A stretch of 64,000 bases of DNA. It comes from an uncultured Fibrobacteria bacterium. Lineage in GTDB: Bacteria > Fibrobacterota > Fibrobacteria > UBA11236. Of the stretch, positions 26,447 to 40,625 are shown piece after piece; position 1 is the stretch's first letter; every line of letters starts with the position of its first letter. Below the pieces are notes generated by a model, which saw nothing but the letters and a program-made list of their open reading frames with translations, searched no databases and was not told where the DNA came from. The stretch covers positions 2,528,001 to 2,592,000 of the forward strand of contig OY970309.1 in assembly GCA_963716395.1 (NCBI GenBank). The letters are read 5' to 3'. The position numbers and the translations under genes were made by a program.

Positions 26447-26881
26447 ATGAATCCATCCGAGCATCCAAGTGAAGCAGCGACTTCGCCGGCCGGCCCGGGA
26501 GGTGGAATGCCGGGCAATGCGGAGTCGGCAAAAAAACCCACGACCCGCCACGGCTCCGATCCCCTCGTCTTTGCCGCCTTGCAATGGCCGGCTCTCGTCG
26601 GACTGCTCGCACCTGCGCATTCCCTCTGGGCCGCCGCCGCCAAAGTGCTGCTCGCCCTATGGTTGTTGGCTTTGCAAAGCGCCGCCTTTCGCGGCCGCTA
26701 TCAGCGTCTGCCGGCCTTCGGATTTTCGGTGCTGATGAACAACGCGCTCTTCGTCGGGTTCTGGCTGGCGCACCGGCCTATGGCGCGCTGGATTTGGGGA
26801 GGTCTGCTTTTCTTCTTCATGCTGAGCAGTATCGGCTTGGCGCGCAAAATTCCGTGCGCGGAAAATTCTTCGGACCTTTGA
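26447..26881 (+). CDS. Small hypothetical membrane protein (about 4 hydrophobic segments)
   Basis: Hydrophobic stretches after a polar N-terminus; no recognisable motif. Confidence 0.5.
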   Translation: MNPSEHPSEAATSPAGPGGGMPGNAESAKKPTTRHGSDPLVFAALQWPALVGLLAPAHSLWAAAAKVLLALWLLALQSAAFRGRYQRLPAFGFSVLMNNALFVGFWLAHRPMARWIWGGLLFFFMLSSIGLARKIPCAENSSDL

Positions 26882-27041
26882 GGTGGTCGTCGGCCTTCCG
26901 GGATCAACCGGGGGCGGAATGAGTCCGGTTTGTAAACCGGATGGCTTCCGGCCTCAGGCCAAAATGGCAAAAACCCCTGCGCATTTTGGCAGGAAAATTT
27001 CGCGGTAACCAATGTAATCCCGGTGGTAAATTGGCCGGCGA

Positions 27042-27734
27042 ATGGATGCCTGGCATATCCACACCATCGCGGCCCTGGGGTTTTTGGGCATCTTCGCCTT
27101 TCCCCTGGCCGTCGGCGCTTTGAGCAGCGTCACGCATTGCGCGGCCATGTGCGGTCCCATTCATTTTTTTCTGGCGCAGCGCGGCGGCCCCGGAAATTTG
27201 TGGTTCTATCACGCCGGGCGGCTGGTGACCTATACCGCGCTCGGCGCCGTAATGGCTGCGGTCGGCGTCAGCGGGCGCCATGCCATGGGAAGCTCGTTCA
27301 TGGGTTGGCTTTGGGTGGCGCTGTATGTGTTGATGGCGCTCAAACTTTTGGGAATTCCGTTGTGGCCCGCGGCTTTGAGTCTGCGCTATGGCCGTTGGGT
27401 GCAGGAACGGCTGCGGCCTTTGCAAAGGCAAAACGGCCGCGGCGCCGCGCTTTTCTTTCCCTTGGGGTTAACCGCGGGGTTTCTGCCCTGCGCCACCACG
27501 CAAACCGGGCTGGCCTGGTCGGCCGGATCGGGAAACGTGGTTTTTGGAGGCGTGGGCATGTTGCTGCTTGGCGCAGCGACCTTGCCGTTATTCGCTGCGC
27601 CGCGCCGTCTTTGGATCAGCAAGGGCGGGCATTTTCATCAGGCCCTGGCCCTTGCCTTATTGGCGTTTGCCGCCTGGAAAATTTACGGCCTGGTTTTTGC
27701 GTTGCCTCACGGCATCACGCTTTTATGCAGTTGA
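27042..27734 (+). CDS. Sulfite exporter TauE/SafE (DsbD_2)-type membrane protein associated with cbb3 clusters
   Basis: HCAAMCGPI, YHAGRLVTY..LG, GFLPC. Confidence 0.85.
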   Translation: MDAWHIHTIAALGFLGIFAFPLAVGALSSVTHCAAMCGPIHFFLAQRGGPGNLWFYHAGRLVTYTALGAVMAAVGVSGRHAMGSSFMGWLWVALYVLMALKLLGIPLWPAALSLRYGRWVQERLRPLQRQNGRGAALFFPLGLTAGFLPCATTQTGLAWSAGSGNVVFGGVGMLLLGAATLPLFAAPRRLWISKGGHFHQALALALLAFAAWKIYGLVFALPHGITLLCS

Positions 27735-27749
27735 GGAGAGGGAGTCGTT

Positions 27750-28295
27750 ATGTCGCAGAGCGATGAAGGAATGGGAAACCAACGCGTCGCGGAATTCTTT
27801 TTTCTGGCGCTGATCATCGGAATCGGTACGCCGGTCGCGGTGTTGTGGGGCGCGAATGACGGCGAACGCATGGCCGCCGAAGCTTATCCGCAGCAAAAAG
27901 CCGTCGCCGCACCGGCTCCGGCCCAGTCCAAAGACATGTATTTGGCGACGCCGGCCAGCATCGCCGAAGGCAAATCGCTTTTTCAACAGAATTGCACGCC
28001 GTGCCATGGTGTCAACGCCGACGGCAAAGGTCCGGCCGCTGTGTCGCTGACGCCGCCGCCGCGCAACTTTACCGATCCCAAAGCGAAGTGGACGCGCAGC
28101 CGCGCTCCGCTCGACATCTTCAAAACCCTGGCCGAAGGCAGTCCGGGCACGGGCATGGTTTCCTTTGCCGCCGCCCTCACCGTGCCGCAACGCTGGGCCC
28201 TGGTGCATTATATCGGCACCTTGCCCGGGGTAACCGGCCAGTTTACCCCGATCGATGAAGCTACGGCCGAAAAACTCGCCGGCGGAAAGCCCTGA
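27750..28295 (+). CDS. Membrane-anchored mono-haem cytochrome c
   Basis: N-terminal TM; CTPCHG...G.GP, PPPRNFT, GSPGTGM..F, RWALV.Y. Confidence 0.88.
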   Translation: MSQSDEGMGNQRVAEFFFLALIIGIGTPVAVLWGANDGERMAAEAYPQQKAVAAPAPAQSKDMYLATPASIAEGKSLFQQNCTPCHGVNADGKGPAAVSLTPPPRNFTDPKAKWTRSRAPLDIFKTLAEGSPGTGMVSFAAALTVPQRWALVHYIGTLPGVTGQFTPIDEATAEKLAGGKP

Positions 28296-28489
28296 TGTCG
28301 GTCTTTTACCTGCTCATTCCCGTTTCGGTGGCCGTGGCGGCCGGTTTTGTGCTGATATGTGTCATGGCCATCCGCTCCGGCCAATTCGACGATCTCGAAA
28401 GCCCGCGCTGGCGCGTGCTGTTCGACGAGAAAAAAACGGAGGCCCCGAATCCCTCGAATCTTAACCCCGCGGAGAATAAAGCGTCATGA
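28295..28489 (+). CDS. ccoS: cbb3 oxidase maturation protein CcoS
   Basis: LLIPVS...F..AIRSGQFDDLESP..R.L. Confidence 0.9.
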   Translation: MSVFYLLIPVSVAVAAGFVLICVMAIRSGQFDDLESPRWRVLFDEKKTEAPNPSNLNPAENKAS

Positions 28490-30658
28490 CCAAGGTTCGC
28501 TACGACGACAAGATTGTCAAAATGTTCCTGCAAGCAACCCTGTTCTGGGGCGCGGTGGGTATGCTGGCCGGATTGACATTGGCCCTGCAATTGGCCGACT
28601 GGCATTTCAACTTCATGAAGTACGTCAATTTCGGCCGCCTGCGCCCGCTGCACACCAACGCCGTGATCTTCGCTTTCGCCGGCAATGCGATTTTCTGCGG
28701 CGTGTACTACTCCATCCAACGTCTGCTCAAGGTTCGCCTCTACAGCGACCTCTTGTCGCGCATTCATTTCTGGGGTTGGCAACTCATCATCTTGCTGGGA
28801 GGGGTCGGCTTTTTGTTCGGCATCACAACCGGGGAGGAATATGCCGAACTGGAATGGCCGCTCGACCTCGCCTTGGCCGTGATTTGGCTCATCTTCGCCT
28901 ATAACTTTTTCGCCACTTTGCTGCGCCGGCGCGAAAGGCACCTGTACGTGGCCATTTGGTTTTACATCGCCACCCTCATCACCATCACGCTCCTGCATGT
29001 GGTGCGCTCGCTGGAAATTCCGGTATCGCTGTTCAAAAGCTATCCCGTCTACGCGGGCGTGCAAGACGCCCTGGTGCAATGGTGGTACGGCCACAACGCG
29101 GTGGGCTTTTTCCTGACCACGCCTTTTCTGGGCATCATGTATTACTTCGTGCCCAAGGCCGCGGGGCGGCCGGTGTATTCGTACCGGCTTTCCATCATGC
29201 ATTTCTGGGCCCTGGTTTTTCTCTACATCTGGGCCGGTCCGCATCACCTGCTTTACACCGCCTTACCCGACTGGGCGCAAGACACGGGCATGGTGTTTTC
29301 GGTGATGCTGCTGGCGCCTTCGTGGGGCGGCATGATCAATGGCCTGCTGACGTTGCGCGGCGCCTGGGATAAGTTGCGCACCGAGCCCGTGCTCAAGTTC
29401 TTCGCGGCCTCCATCACCTTTTACGGCATGTCGACTTTCGAAGGTCCGCTCATGGCCATCAAGATCGGTGAATGCGCTCTCGCATTACACCGACTGGACC
29501 ATCGCGCATGTGCATGATGGCGCCCTGGGCTGGGTCGGCCTGATGATCTTCGGTATGATTTATTGGCTGGTGCCGCGGCTCTGGCGCACCAAGCTCTACA
29601 GCCAAGCCATGGCCAACGCACATTTCTGGTTGGCCCTGGTGGGTATTCTCTTTTACGTCGTGTCGCATGTGGGTCTCCGGCATCACCCAGGGGTTGATGT
29701 GGAAAGAATTCACCCCCGACGGCCTGCTGGCCTATCCCAGTTTCGTCGACATCGTGACCAAACTCAATCCGTTTTATTGGGGGCGGGCTTTCGGCGGCTT
29801 CCTCTACCTCTGCGGCTTGGTGGTGATGATCGTCAACGTGTGGCGCACGGCGAAGGCCGGCAGCTTTGCCGACGAAGAAGTCACCGTGCCCGATGCGGTT
29901 CCAGCCGCGACATGCTACCCAGCCACTGGCATGCGGTGCTGGAACGTAAGCCTTTGCTGCTGGGAATGATCGCTCTGTTGGTGGTGCTCATCGGCGGGAT
30001 CGTCGAGATGGTGCCGACTTTCCTCATTCGCAGCAACATCCCCACTATCGCCTCGGTGAAACCTTATACGCCGCTCGAACTCGAGGGGCGCGACATCTAT
30101 TTGCGCGAAGGCTGCTACAACTGCCATTCGCAGATGATCCGGCCCTTCCGCGACGAAGTCGAACGCTACGGCGAATATTCCAAACCCGGCGAATTCGTAT
30201 ATGACCATCCTTTTCAATGGGGATCCAAGCGCAACGGGCCCGACCTGCAGCGCGTGGGCGGCAAGTACAGCGATCTCTGGCATATCCGCCATCTGGATGA
30301 TCCGCGCTCGACTTCGCCCGGATCCATCATGCCGAGCTTCCATTTTCTGCTGGGCGAGAGACTGGACCTCAGCCTGCTGCCGCGCAAAATCAAGGTGATG
30401 CGCGAACTGGGCGTGCCCTATTCCGATTCGGTGGAGCACAATGCCATCGCGCTGGCCGAGGCCCAGGCCCAGGGTATCGCCGACGATTTGCAGCCCGAAG
30501 GGTTCAAGAATATGGCCGACAAAGAAGTCGTGGCGCTGATCGCCTACTTGCAGCGGCTCGGCACCGATATCAAAAGTCAAAATGTCGCCGCGGCCCCCGC
30601 TCCAGCGGAAGGGGTGGCCGCTTCCCCATCAAACCAAAAAGCAGGAGATTCACCATGA
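28486..30658 (+). pseudogene. ccoN: Fused cbb3 oxidase subunits I/II (CcoNO), interrupted by three apparent 1-nt indels (error or pseudogene)
   Basis: FGRLRPLHTN, QWWYGHNAVGF, WAGPHH, HVH.GALGW in successive frames; Cco[23 protein letters not shown]. Frame switches near 29464, 29666 and ~29900. Confidence 0.85.
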
Positions 30659-30852
30659 CAAATCTGGTACTGGAAAATGCGGGGCTCACGCTGTGGCCCA
30701 TTCTTTCTCTCTTCATCTTCGGTACGGCGTGCATCGCCATGGTGCTGTGGGTGTGCCGGTCCGGCTCTTCCCATCTCTATCGTCAGTTGGGTCAGATGGC
30801 CCTGGACGACGCCGGCGCCGCGCCCAAGCGCCCGACGGTCGGGGAGAAATAA
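30655..30852 (+). CDS. ccoQ: cbb3 oxidase subunit CcoQ-like small membrane protein
   Basis: 65 aa, single TM, between ccoNO and ccoP. Confidence 0.7.
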   Translation: MTNLVLENAGLTLWPILSLFIFGTACIAMVLWVCRSGSSHLYRQLGQMALDDAGAAPKRPTVGEK

Positions 30853-30855
30853 GCC

Positions 30856-31446
30856 ATGGCCGAAGATATCATTCTCGATCACGGCAACGATTACGACGGG
30901 ATCAAGGAATACGACAATCCCTTGCCGCAATGGTTCGTGATGATGTTTTACGGCTGCATCGTCTTCGCCTTTCTGTACATGGGGTATTACACCGGCAAGA
31001 CCTGGGGTCTGGTCAAGGCCACGGGGCTGAGTCCGAATCTGGTGTATAGTGGAACCCGCTATGCGTTGCTGGTGCGTGAGGCCGACAAAGACCGCGCCGA
31101 TCATCCCTTTGTGGCGCCGCAGGGCGCGGCCCTGATGGCATTTCTCAAGTCGCCGGAGAATATTTCCCGCGGCGAGGGGCTGTTCAAGGCCAATTGCGTG
31201 CCGTGCCACGGCGAGCAGGCGCAGGGTATCATCGGGCCCAACCTCACCGACAAATATTGGCTGCACGGCGGCCAGCCGGCCGACATCATCCACAGCATCT
31301 CCTATGGCTGGAAAGACAAGGGCATGCCCACGTGGCTGCCCGTACTGGGGCCGGAAAAAGTGCATTGGCTGGCGGCGTACGTGTTGAGCCTCCAAGGTCG
31401 GCACGTCGATCATCCCAAGCCGCCACAAGGGGTATTGGTGCCGTGA
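30856..31446 (+). CDS. ccoP: cbb3 oxidase subunit III (mono-haem CcoP)
   Basis: YDGIKEYDNPLPQW; CVPCHG; GPNLTDKYWLHGG; KGMP.W. Confidence 0.9.
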   Translation: MAEDIILDHGNDYDGIKEYDNPLPQWFVMMFYGCIVFAFLYMGYYTGKTWGLVKATGLSPNLVYSGTRYALLVREADKDRADHPFVAPQGAALMAFLKSPENISRGEGLFKANCVPCHGEQAQGIIGPNLTDKYWLHGGQPADIIHSISYGWKDKGMPTWLPVLGPEKVHWLAAYVLSLQGRHVDHPKPPQGVLVP

Positions 31447-32885
31447 GTCCGGAAGCTCCCGGCGCGCCGAAAGCCGTTCCCGTCAAGATGGGCCTGGCCG
31501 AAAACGATGTCCAATCGACCATCGGGTCCGGCGGCAAGCGCGTCTGGATTTACGCCCGCGAAGTGGCGGGGCATTTCACCCAGCGGCGCACGGCTGTAGC
31601 CTGGGTGCTGCTTCTGCTCTATCTCGGCGTGCCCTGGGTGCATTGGAACGGATTGCCGCTGGTGCAGCTCGACATTTTCTCCCGCCGCCTGCTGGTGCTC
31701 GGCCACTCGTATTATCCGCAGGACCTCAAATTGTTTCTGCCCGGTTTTCTCGCCTTTATCGTGGTCGTGTTTCTGGTCACGGCCACTTGGGGACGCATCT
31801 GGTGCGGCTGGGCCTGTCCGCAAACCGTGTTTTTGCAATTCATCTTCGGGCCCATCGAAAAATGGGTTGAAGGCCGGGCTTCGGTGCGCAAGGCGCGTGA
31901 CGCCGCGGGTTTTTCCTGGGACTGGGTGTGGCGGAAAATCGTCAAAGAGGTCCTGTTTCTGCTGGTGGCTTTCGGCATCAGCAATACGGCGCTGGCCTAT
32001 TTGTGGGGCCGCGACAATGTGTTATGGGCGTTGACGCATCCACCGTCCGACAACCCCACGGGCTTTGCATTCATGCTCGCTTTTGCGCTGGTATTCTATT
32101 GGGTGTTTGCCTATTTCCGCGAGCAGGCCTGCGTGCTCATCTGCCCCTATGCCCGCTTTCAAAGCGTGCTGCTCGATGAGAGCAGTTTGACCGTGGCCTA
32201 TGACACCCGGCGCGGCGAACCGCGCGGTCGCGGCCAAAAGGGCCGCCGCGAAGGCCTGGGCGACTGCGTAAATTGCGGCCATTGTGTGGCGGTTTGTCCC
32301 ACGGGCATCGACATCCGCAAGGGACAGCAATTGGAATGCATCGGGTGTACCCGCTGCATCGATGCCTGCGACTCGATCATGACCGCTTGGAAAAAGCCCC
32401 AGGGGCTGATCCGCTACACTTCGCTGGCCGGCCTCGACGGTGAATCCCGCCCGGGCATACGCCCACGCCAAATCGCCTACGGCGCCCTGGCCGCCGTGCT
32501 GGGAGCGTTCTCTCTTATTCTCATCGTCACACGGCCGGTGGTGGCGGTCGATGTGGCGCGGCGTGGCTTCAACCCCTACACCCACGTGGGCGCCGACTCG
32601 ATTCTCAATACCTTCACCGTGCAGGTGCGCAACAAAGACGTCATGCGCCACACCTTCTCCCTCGACTTTGACGAATCCGCGCCGGCTCGGCAAAACTGGC
32701 AGGATCGTCGCTTCGCCGTAGGCGCCGGGCAATTACAGACCCTCCCCTTGGACATCGTGATCCGGCGCGACGCCTTCCGGCAAGGGGAGCGCGTGCTGCA
32801 TTTGATTTTGCGCGGCGACGGCGGGATCGACCGCAAATTCGACGCCACCTTGATCGGCCCGTTCGGGGCCGGAGACACGCCATGA
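31443..32885 (+). CDS. ccoG: cbb3 accessory ferredoxin-like protein CcoG
   Basis: GRIWCGWACPQTV, REQAC...CPY, CVNCGHCVAVCPTGIDIR, CIGCTRCIDAC. GTG start overlaps the ccoP stop. Confidence 0.93.
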   Translation: MSPEAPGAPKAVPVKMGLAENDVQSTIGSGGKRVWIYAREVAGHFTQRRTAVAWVLLLLYLGVPWVHWNGLPLVQLDIFSRRLLVLGHSYYPQDLKLFLPGFLAFIVVVFLVTATWGRIWCGWACPQTVFLQFIFGPIEKWVEGRASVRKARDAAGFSWDWVWRKIVKEVLFLLVAFGISNTALAYLWGRDNVLWALTHPPSDNPTGFAFMLAFALVFYWVFAYFREQACVLICPYARFQSVLLDESSLTVAYDTRRGEPRGRGQKGRREGLGDCVNCGHCVAVCPTGIDIRKGQQLECIGCTRCIDACDSIMTAWKKPQGLIRYTSLAGLDGESRPGIRPRQIAYGALAAVLGAFSLILIVTRPVVAVDVARRGFNPYTHVGADSILNTFTVQVRNKDVMRHTFSLDFDESAPARQNWQDRRFAVGAGQLQTLPLDIVIRRDAFRQGERVLHLILRGDGGIDRKFDATLIGPFGAGDTP

Positions 32886-33418
32886 ATCCCGAAACCGGAC
32901 CGGCCACAAGCAAAACCAAAAAAGGTGGTGTGGCGCCGTGGATGTGGTTCCTGGGAACCAGCGCTACGCTGACCCTCGTGATCAACAGCCTATTCGCCTA
33001 TGTCGCCGTGCGCCACGGGCCGGGGTTGGTGCGCGAGGATTATTACCAGGCGGGCTTGCACTGGGATCAGCGCCGGGCGCGGGAAACGGGTTTCGATTCG
33101 CTGGGAATCGGTTTGGCTTTGCGGCCCGACGCCGACACCTTGGTGGTCGAAGGCAGCGCCGCCCAGGCCGTGGAACCGTCGACGGCGCGGCGGTTGGGCG
33201 GATATGCCCTGGAATTGGATTTGCGCCGACCCGATGATGCCGATGCCGATCGCGACCTGCATTTTTCACCGCCCGTCGTCACCGCCGGCGGCTCGCTGCA
33301 ATGGCGCACGGTTACTTCCCCGTTACGTCGGGGCAGGTGGGATTGCCGCGTCGTGTTCCGGCAAAACGGGCAGGCGCGGATGGAGCGTTCCTTCGAATAT
33401 TTCGCGGCGCCGGAATGA
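32882..33418 (+). CDS. ccoH: FixH/CcoH family protein
   Basis: N-terminal TM then LVREDYYQAG; RRP....D; GRW; between ccoG and ccoI. Confidence 0.75.
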   Translation: MNPETGPATSKTKKGGVAPWMWFLGTSATLTLVINSLFAYVAVRHGPGLVREDYYQAGLHWDQRRARETGFDSLGIGLALRPDADTLVVEGSAAQAVEPSTARRLGGYALELDLRRPDDADADRDLHFSPPVVTAGGSLQWRTVTSPLRRGRWDCRVVFRQNGQARMERSFEYFAAPE

Positions 33419-35991
33419 TCCGGCCGGCGGCGGTACGGATCTCACCTCCGGCTACCGACATGCCTGCATGGCCGCAGGGGACCGCGGGAACGATGGGGCA
33501 GGAGCGAAAAATGTTTCGAATGAATCCGTCTGCCCCCGCGGAAAAAACCGCTTTTCCGGCCGCGGCGGTGTGCCGGCATTGCGGCGCCGATTTACTGGGG
33601 ATTGGATCCTCCGCTGCGGCCCAGGCCGGGTTTTGCTGCGAAGGCTGCCGCATCGTCTACGGCCTGCTGGCGGATCGCGAAGACGGCCGCTATTATGAAT
33701 TGCTGCGCCTGGAAAAAAACCGCGCCCCGCGCGGCGGGTTGTCGCGGGAATACCGCGAATTCTTGGAGGCGCTGAAAAATCCGGAGGCGTTGAAACTCCT
33801 GGGGCATTGGCAGGGCGATGTGCACCGCCTGACCTTGGCCTGCGACGACATGCAATGCGCGGCCTGCGGCTGGCTCATGGAGCGCGAACTGGCCGGCCGC
33901 GAAGGCGTGCTCGACTACCAGGTCGATTTCATCCACGGCGAAATCGACCTTTGCTATGACGCCCGGCGCACCGCCTTGGCTGCGGTGCTCGTCGACATCG
34001 GCCGTTTCGGCTACGCCTTCAGACCCAGAGCCGTTGCAGCCGCGCGCCCCCAGTTGAACCGCGACGCCTGGATGCGCCTGGCGGTGGCCGGCGCCTGCTT
34101 CGCCAACGCCATGGCCTTAGCAGCCGGGCCTTATTTCGGATTGAAGGTCGGTATCGAAGACGAATGGCGTCGGATGCTGGGCCTGTGGGCCTTTGTCAGC
34201 GCGCTTCCGGCCGTATTGTATTCGGCTTTTCCCTTTTACCGCGGGGCGTGGCGCGCCGTGCGCTCGCGCAGTTTCACGATCGACGTCACGGTTTCCATCG
34301 GAATCCTGCTCACCTTCGGCGTGTCGCTGGTGGCGGTTTGGGGGGGCGGTTCGGCCAATTATGCCGACTCGTTGGCGGGCCTGGTTTTTTTTCTGTTGCT
34401 CGGCCGCCTAGCGGTGCGGCGCTTCGAAGGCGGCTTGCTGCTGCGCGGCCGCTGGTATGAAGCCCTGCGTCCGGAGGCGGTGCGCGCCCTGCGCCAAGGC
34501 GAATTTACGCTCACGCCTTTGGACCAAGTCGTGGCCGGCGATACCGTGGAAATCGCGGCCGGGGCCTACCTTCCGGTCGACGGTCCGGCACTGCACTCCG
34601 GTATGGTGGACACAGCGTTATTGACCGGCGAAGATCGGCCGCGTGCGGTCGCCGCCGGCGATTTTCTCTTCGCCGGTTACCGCGTGCTGGGGAAAAGCCT
34701 GCGCCTGCGCGTTGCCAATCCGCATCTCAATACCCGGGCCGAAGGCTTGCGCCGGGCCTTGGAATCGCTGGCGGAGCGCAAGCAACGCCGCGTTCTCCGC
34801 CGCGATCGCGTCGCCTTGGCCTTCACCACCACGGTGATCCTGGCCGCGGCGCTGACCGTGTTTTTACATCGGCAGCAGGGTTGGGAGCGCGCGTTCAGTA
34901 TGGCGGGCGCGGTGTTCATCGTTTCGTGTTCGTGCGCGCTGGCGCTGTCGGTTCCCGTCAGCCGCGGATTGGGCCTCTTGCGCGCTCACCGCCTGGGATT
35001 TCATTTCCGTGCGCAGGAGACCTTGGAGCGCTTGCGCGACATCCAAGGCGTGCTGTTCGACAAAACCGGAACCCTCACCTTCAGCCGCCGCCGCGTCACC
35101 CGCTGGCAATGGGTGCCGGGAGCGGCGGGGGAAATCCGCGCTTCCATTCTCGGGGGCCTGAAATGCATGACCGGCATGAGCTTCCATCCCGTTTCGGCCG
35201 CGGTACATGCCGGCCTGGAGGAAGGTAGCGCCGAAGTAACGGGGTTTTCGGAATGGCCCCACTTCGGCGTGCAGGCTACGCTGGCCGCAGCGCCGTTCAC
35301 CCGGCTTTGCCTGTGCCGGTACGGCGCCTGGGTAGAACCGAACGGCGCGTTTGCCGCCCTGCAATTATGCGTACCGTCAGCAGCGGAATTGCCGGCGGGA
35401 CCGCCTCCGCAGGCCTGTCTGTTCGTCGACCGGCGCCTGGCCGCTTGCATTTGGCTCAGCGAAGAAATCAAACCCGGGGTGGCCGAATTGCTGGCGGGGT
35501 TGAGCCGACTCGGCATCCGCACCTTGTTGCTTTCCGGCGATCATCCCGAGCGGGTCGAAGCGTTTGCACGGCGTTGCGGATTCCCTGAATTCCGCGGCGG
35601 ATTGAGCCCCGAGGAAAAACAAGTGGAGGCCCGAAAATTCCAACGGCAATACGGTGCGGCCTTGGCCGTAGGCGACGGATTCAATGACAGTCTGCTGTTC
35701 GGCGAGGCCGAATTGGCCCTGGCCGTGCAGGGAGCGGCCGGATCGATGGCCGAAAACGCCGATGTGTTCATGACGGGACAAAACCCCGAATCGCTGCTCA
35801 GCCTCTTTCGCATTGCCCGCGGCGTGCGCCGCAGTTTGCGCAACAGCTATATCGTGTCCGGCATTTACAACTCCGCGGCCATCACCTTGGCCGTGGCCGG
35901 ATTCGTTTCGCCCTTGCTGGCTGCCATTCTGATGCCGTTCGCCAGCCTCTCCATCTGCGCCACGGCCTGGCTATCGGTGCCGCGGCGCTGA
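33415..35991 (+). CDS. ccoI: Heavy-metal P1B-type ATPase CcoI/FixI
   Basis: CRHCG, FCCEGC, CAAC, TGE, SCSCAL, DKTGT, LSGD, GDGFND, YN. Start uncertain (33415-33520). Confidence 0.88.
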   Translation: MIRPAAVRISPPATDMPAWPQGTAGTMGQERKMFRMNPSAPAEKTAFPAAAVCRHCGADLLGIGSSAAAQAGFCCEGCRIVYGLLADREDGRYYELLRLEKNRAPRGGLSREYREFLEALKNPEALKLLGHWQGDVHRLTLACDDMQCAACGWLMERELAGREGVLDYQVDFIHGEIDLCYDARRTALAAVLVDIGRFGYAFRPRAVAAARPQLNRDAWMRLAVAGACFANAMALAAGPYFGLKVGIEDEWRRMLGLWAFVSALPAVLYSAFPFYRGAWRAVRSRSFTIDVTVSIGILLTFGVSLVAVWGGGSANYADSLAGLVFFLLLGRLAVRRFEGGLLLRGRWYEALRPEAVRALRQGEFTLTPLDQVVAGDTVEIAAGAYLPVDGPALHSGMVDTALLTGEDRPRAVAAGDFLFAGYRVLGKSLRLRVANPHLNTRAEGLRRALESLAERKQRRVLRRDRVALAFTTTVILAAALTVFLHRQQGWERAFSMAGAVFIVSCSCALALSVPVSRGLGLLRAHRLGFHFRAQETLERLRDIQGVLFDKTGTLTFSRRRVTRWQWVPGAAGEIRASILGGLKCMTGMSFHPVSAAVHAGLEEGSAEVTGFSEWPHFGVQATLAAAPFTRLCLCRYGAWVEPNGAFAALQLCVPSAAELPAGPPPQACLFVDRRLAACIWLSEEIKPGVAELLAGLSRLGIRTLLLSGDHPERVEAFARRCGFPEFRGGLSPEEKQVEARKFQRQYGAALAVGDGFNDSLLFGEAELALAVQGAAGSMAENADVFMTGQNPESLLSLFRIARGVRRSLRNSYIVSGIYNSAAITLAVAGFVSPLLAAILMPFASLSICATAWLSVPRR

Positions 35992-36219
35992 GGCTCGACG
36001 GCGGCTTACGCCGTGTTCAATCTCCTTCGGCAAACTAGGGAACAAGTCACACCCACCGAATCGGCCACACGGCAGGCTCATTCGCCGCGCCCTGAGTCGG
36101 GTTCCCGAATTCTTGTCGGGGGATGGTTCCCGATCCTACCGAGGGATGTTGAAGGTCCGGCGGGGCATGGCCTGGTCGGAAAAACGGAATCGGAAGATTT
36201 TAATCTTGCATGGGGCTGA

Positions 36220-37245
<1,026 letters not shown>

Positions 37246-37336
37246 GAGTGCGCGACGGGCGAAGCGGTGGAAGCCGCAGCGATCGATCCTGCTCCCTTAA
37301 CTACTTTTGCCGTGGTTTTTCCAGGCGGTTTTTGAC

Positions 37337-40564
<3,228 letters not shown>

Positions 40565-40625
40565 GACCCGCGCGGAACGGGCGGGTACGCCTGCAGCTGC
40601 GTCGTATCTTGGTAAACTGATTTGC

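Noticed and set aside
950-27040. Mobile genomic island with att sites
   Set aside because: No integrase, transposase or tRNA, and no flanking direct repeats noticed; structural genes have host-like composition
29455-29915. Programmed ribosomal frameshifting in ccoN
   Set aside because: No slippery heptamers, and three shifts would be required; sequencing error is more parsimonious
34915-34945. CSC instead of CPC in CcoI as a novel metal specificity
   Set aside because: Both cysteines are retained and the context is a standard cco cluster; insufficient evidence
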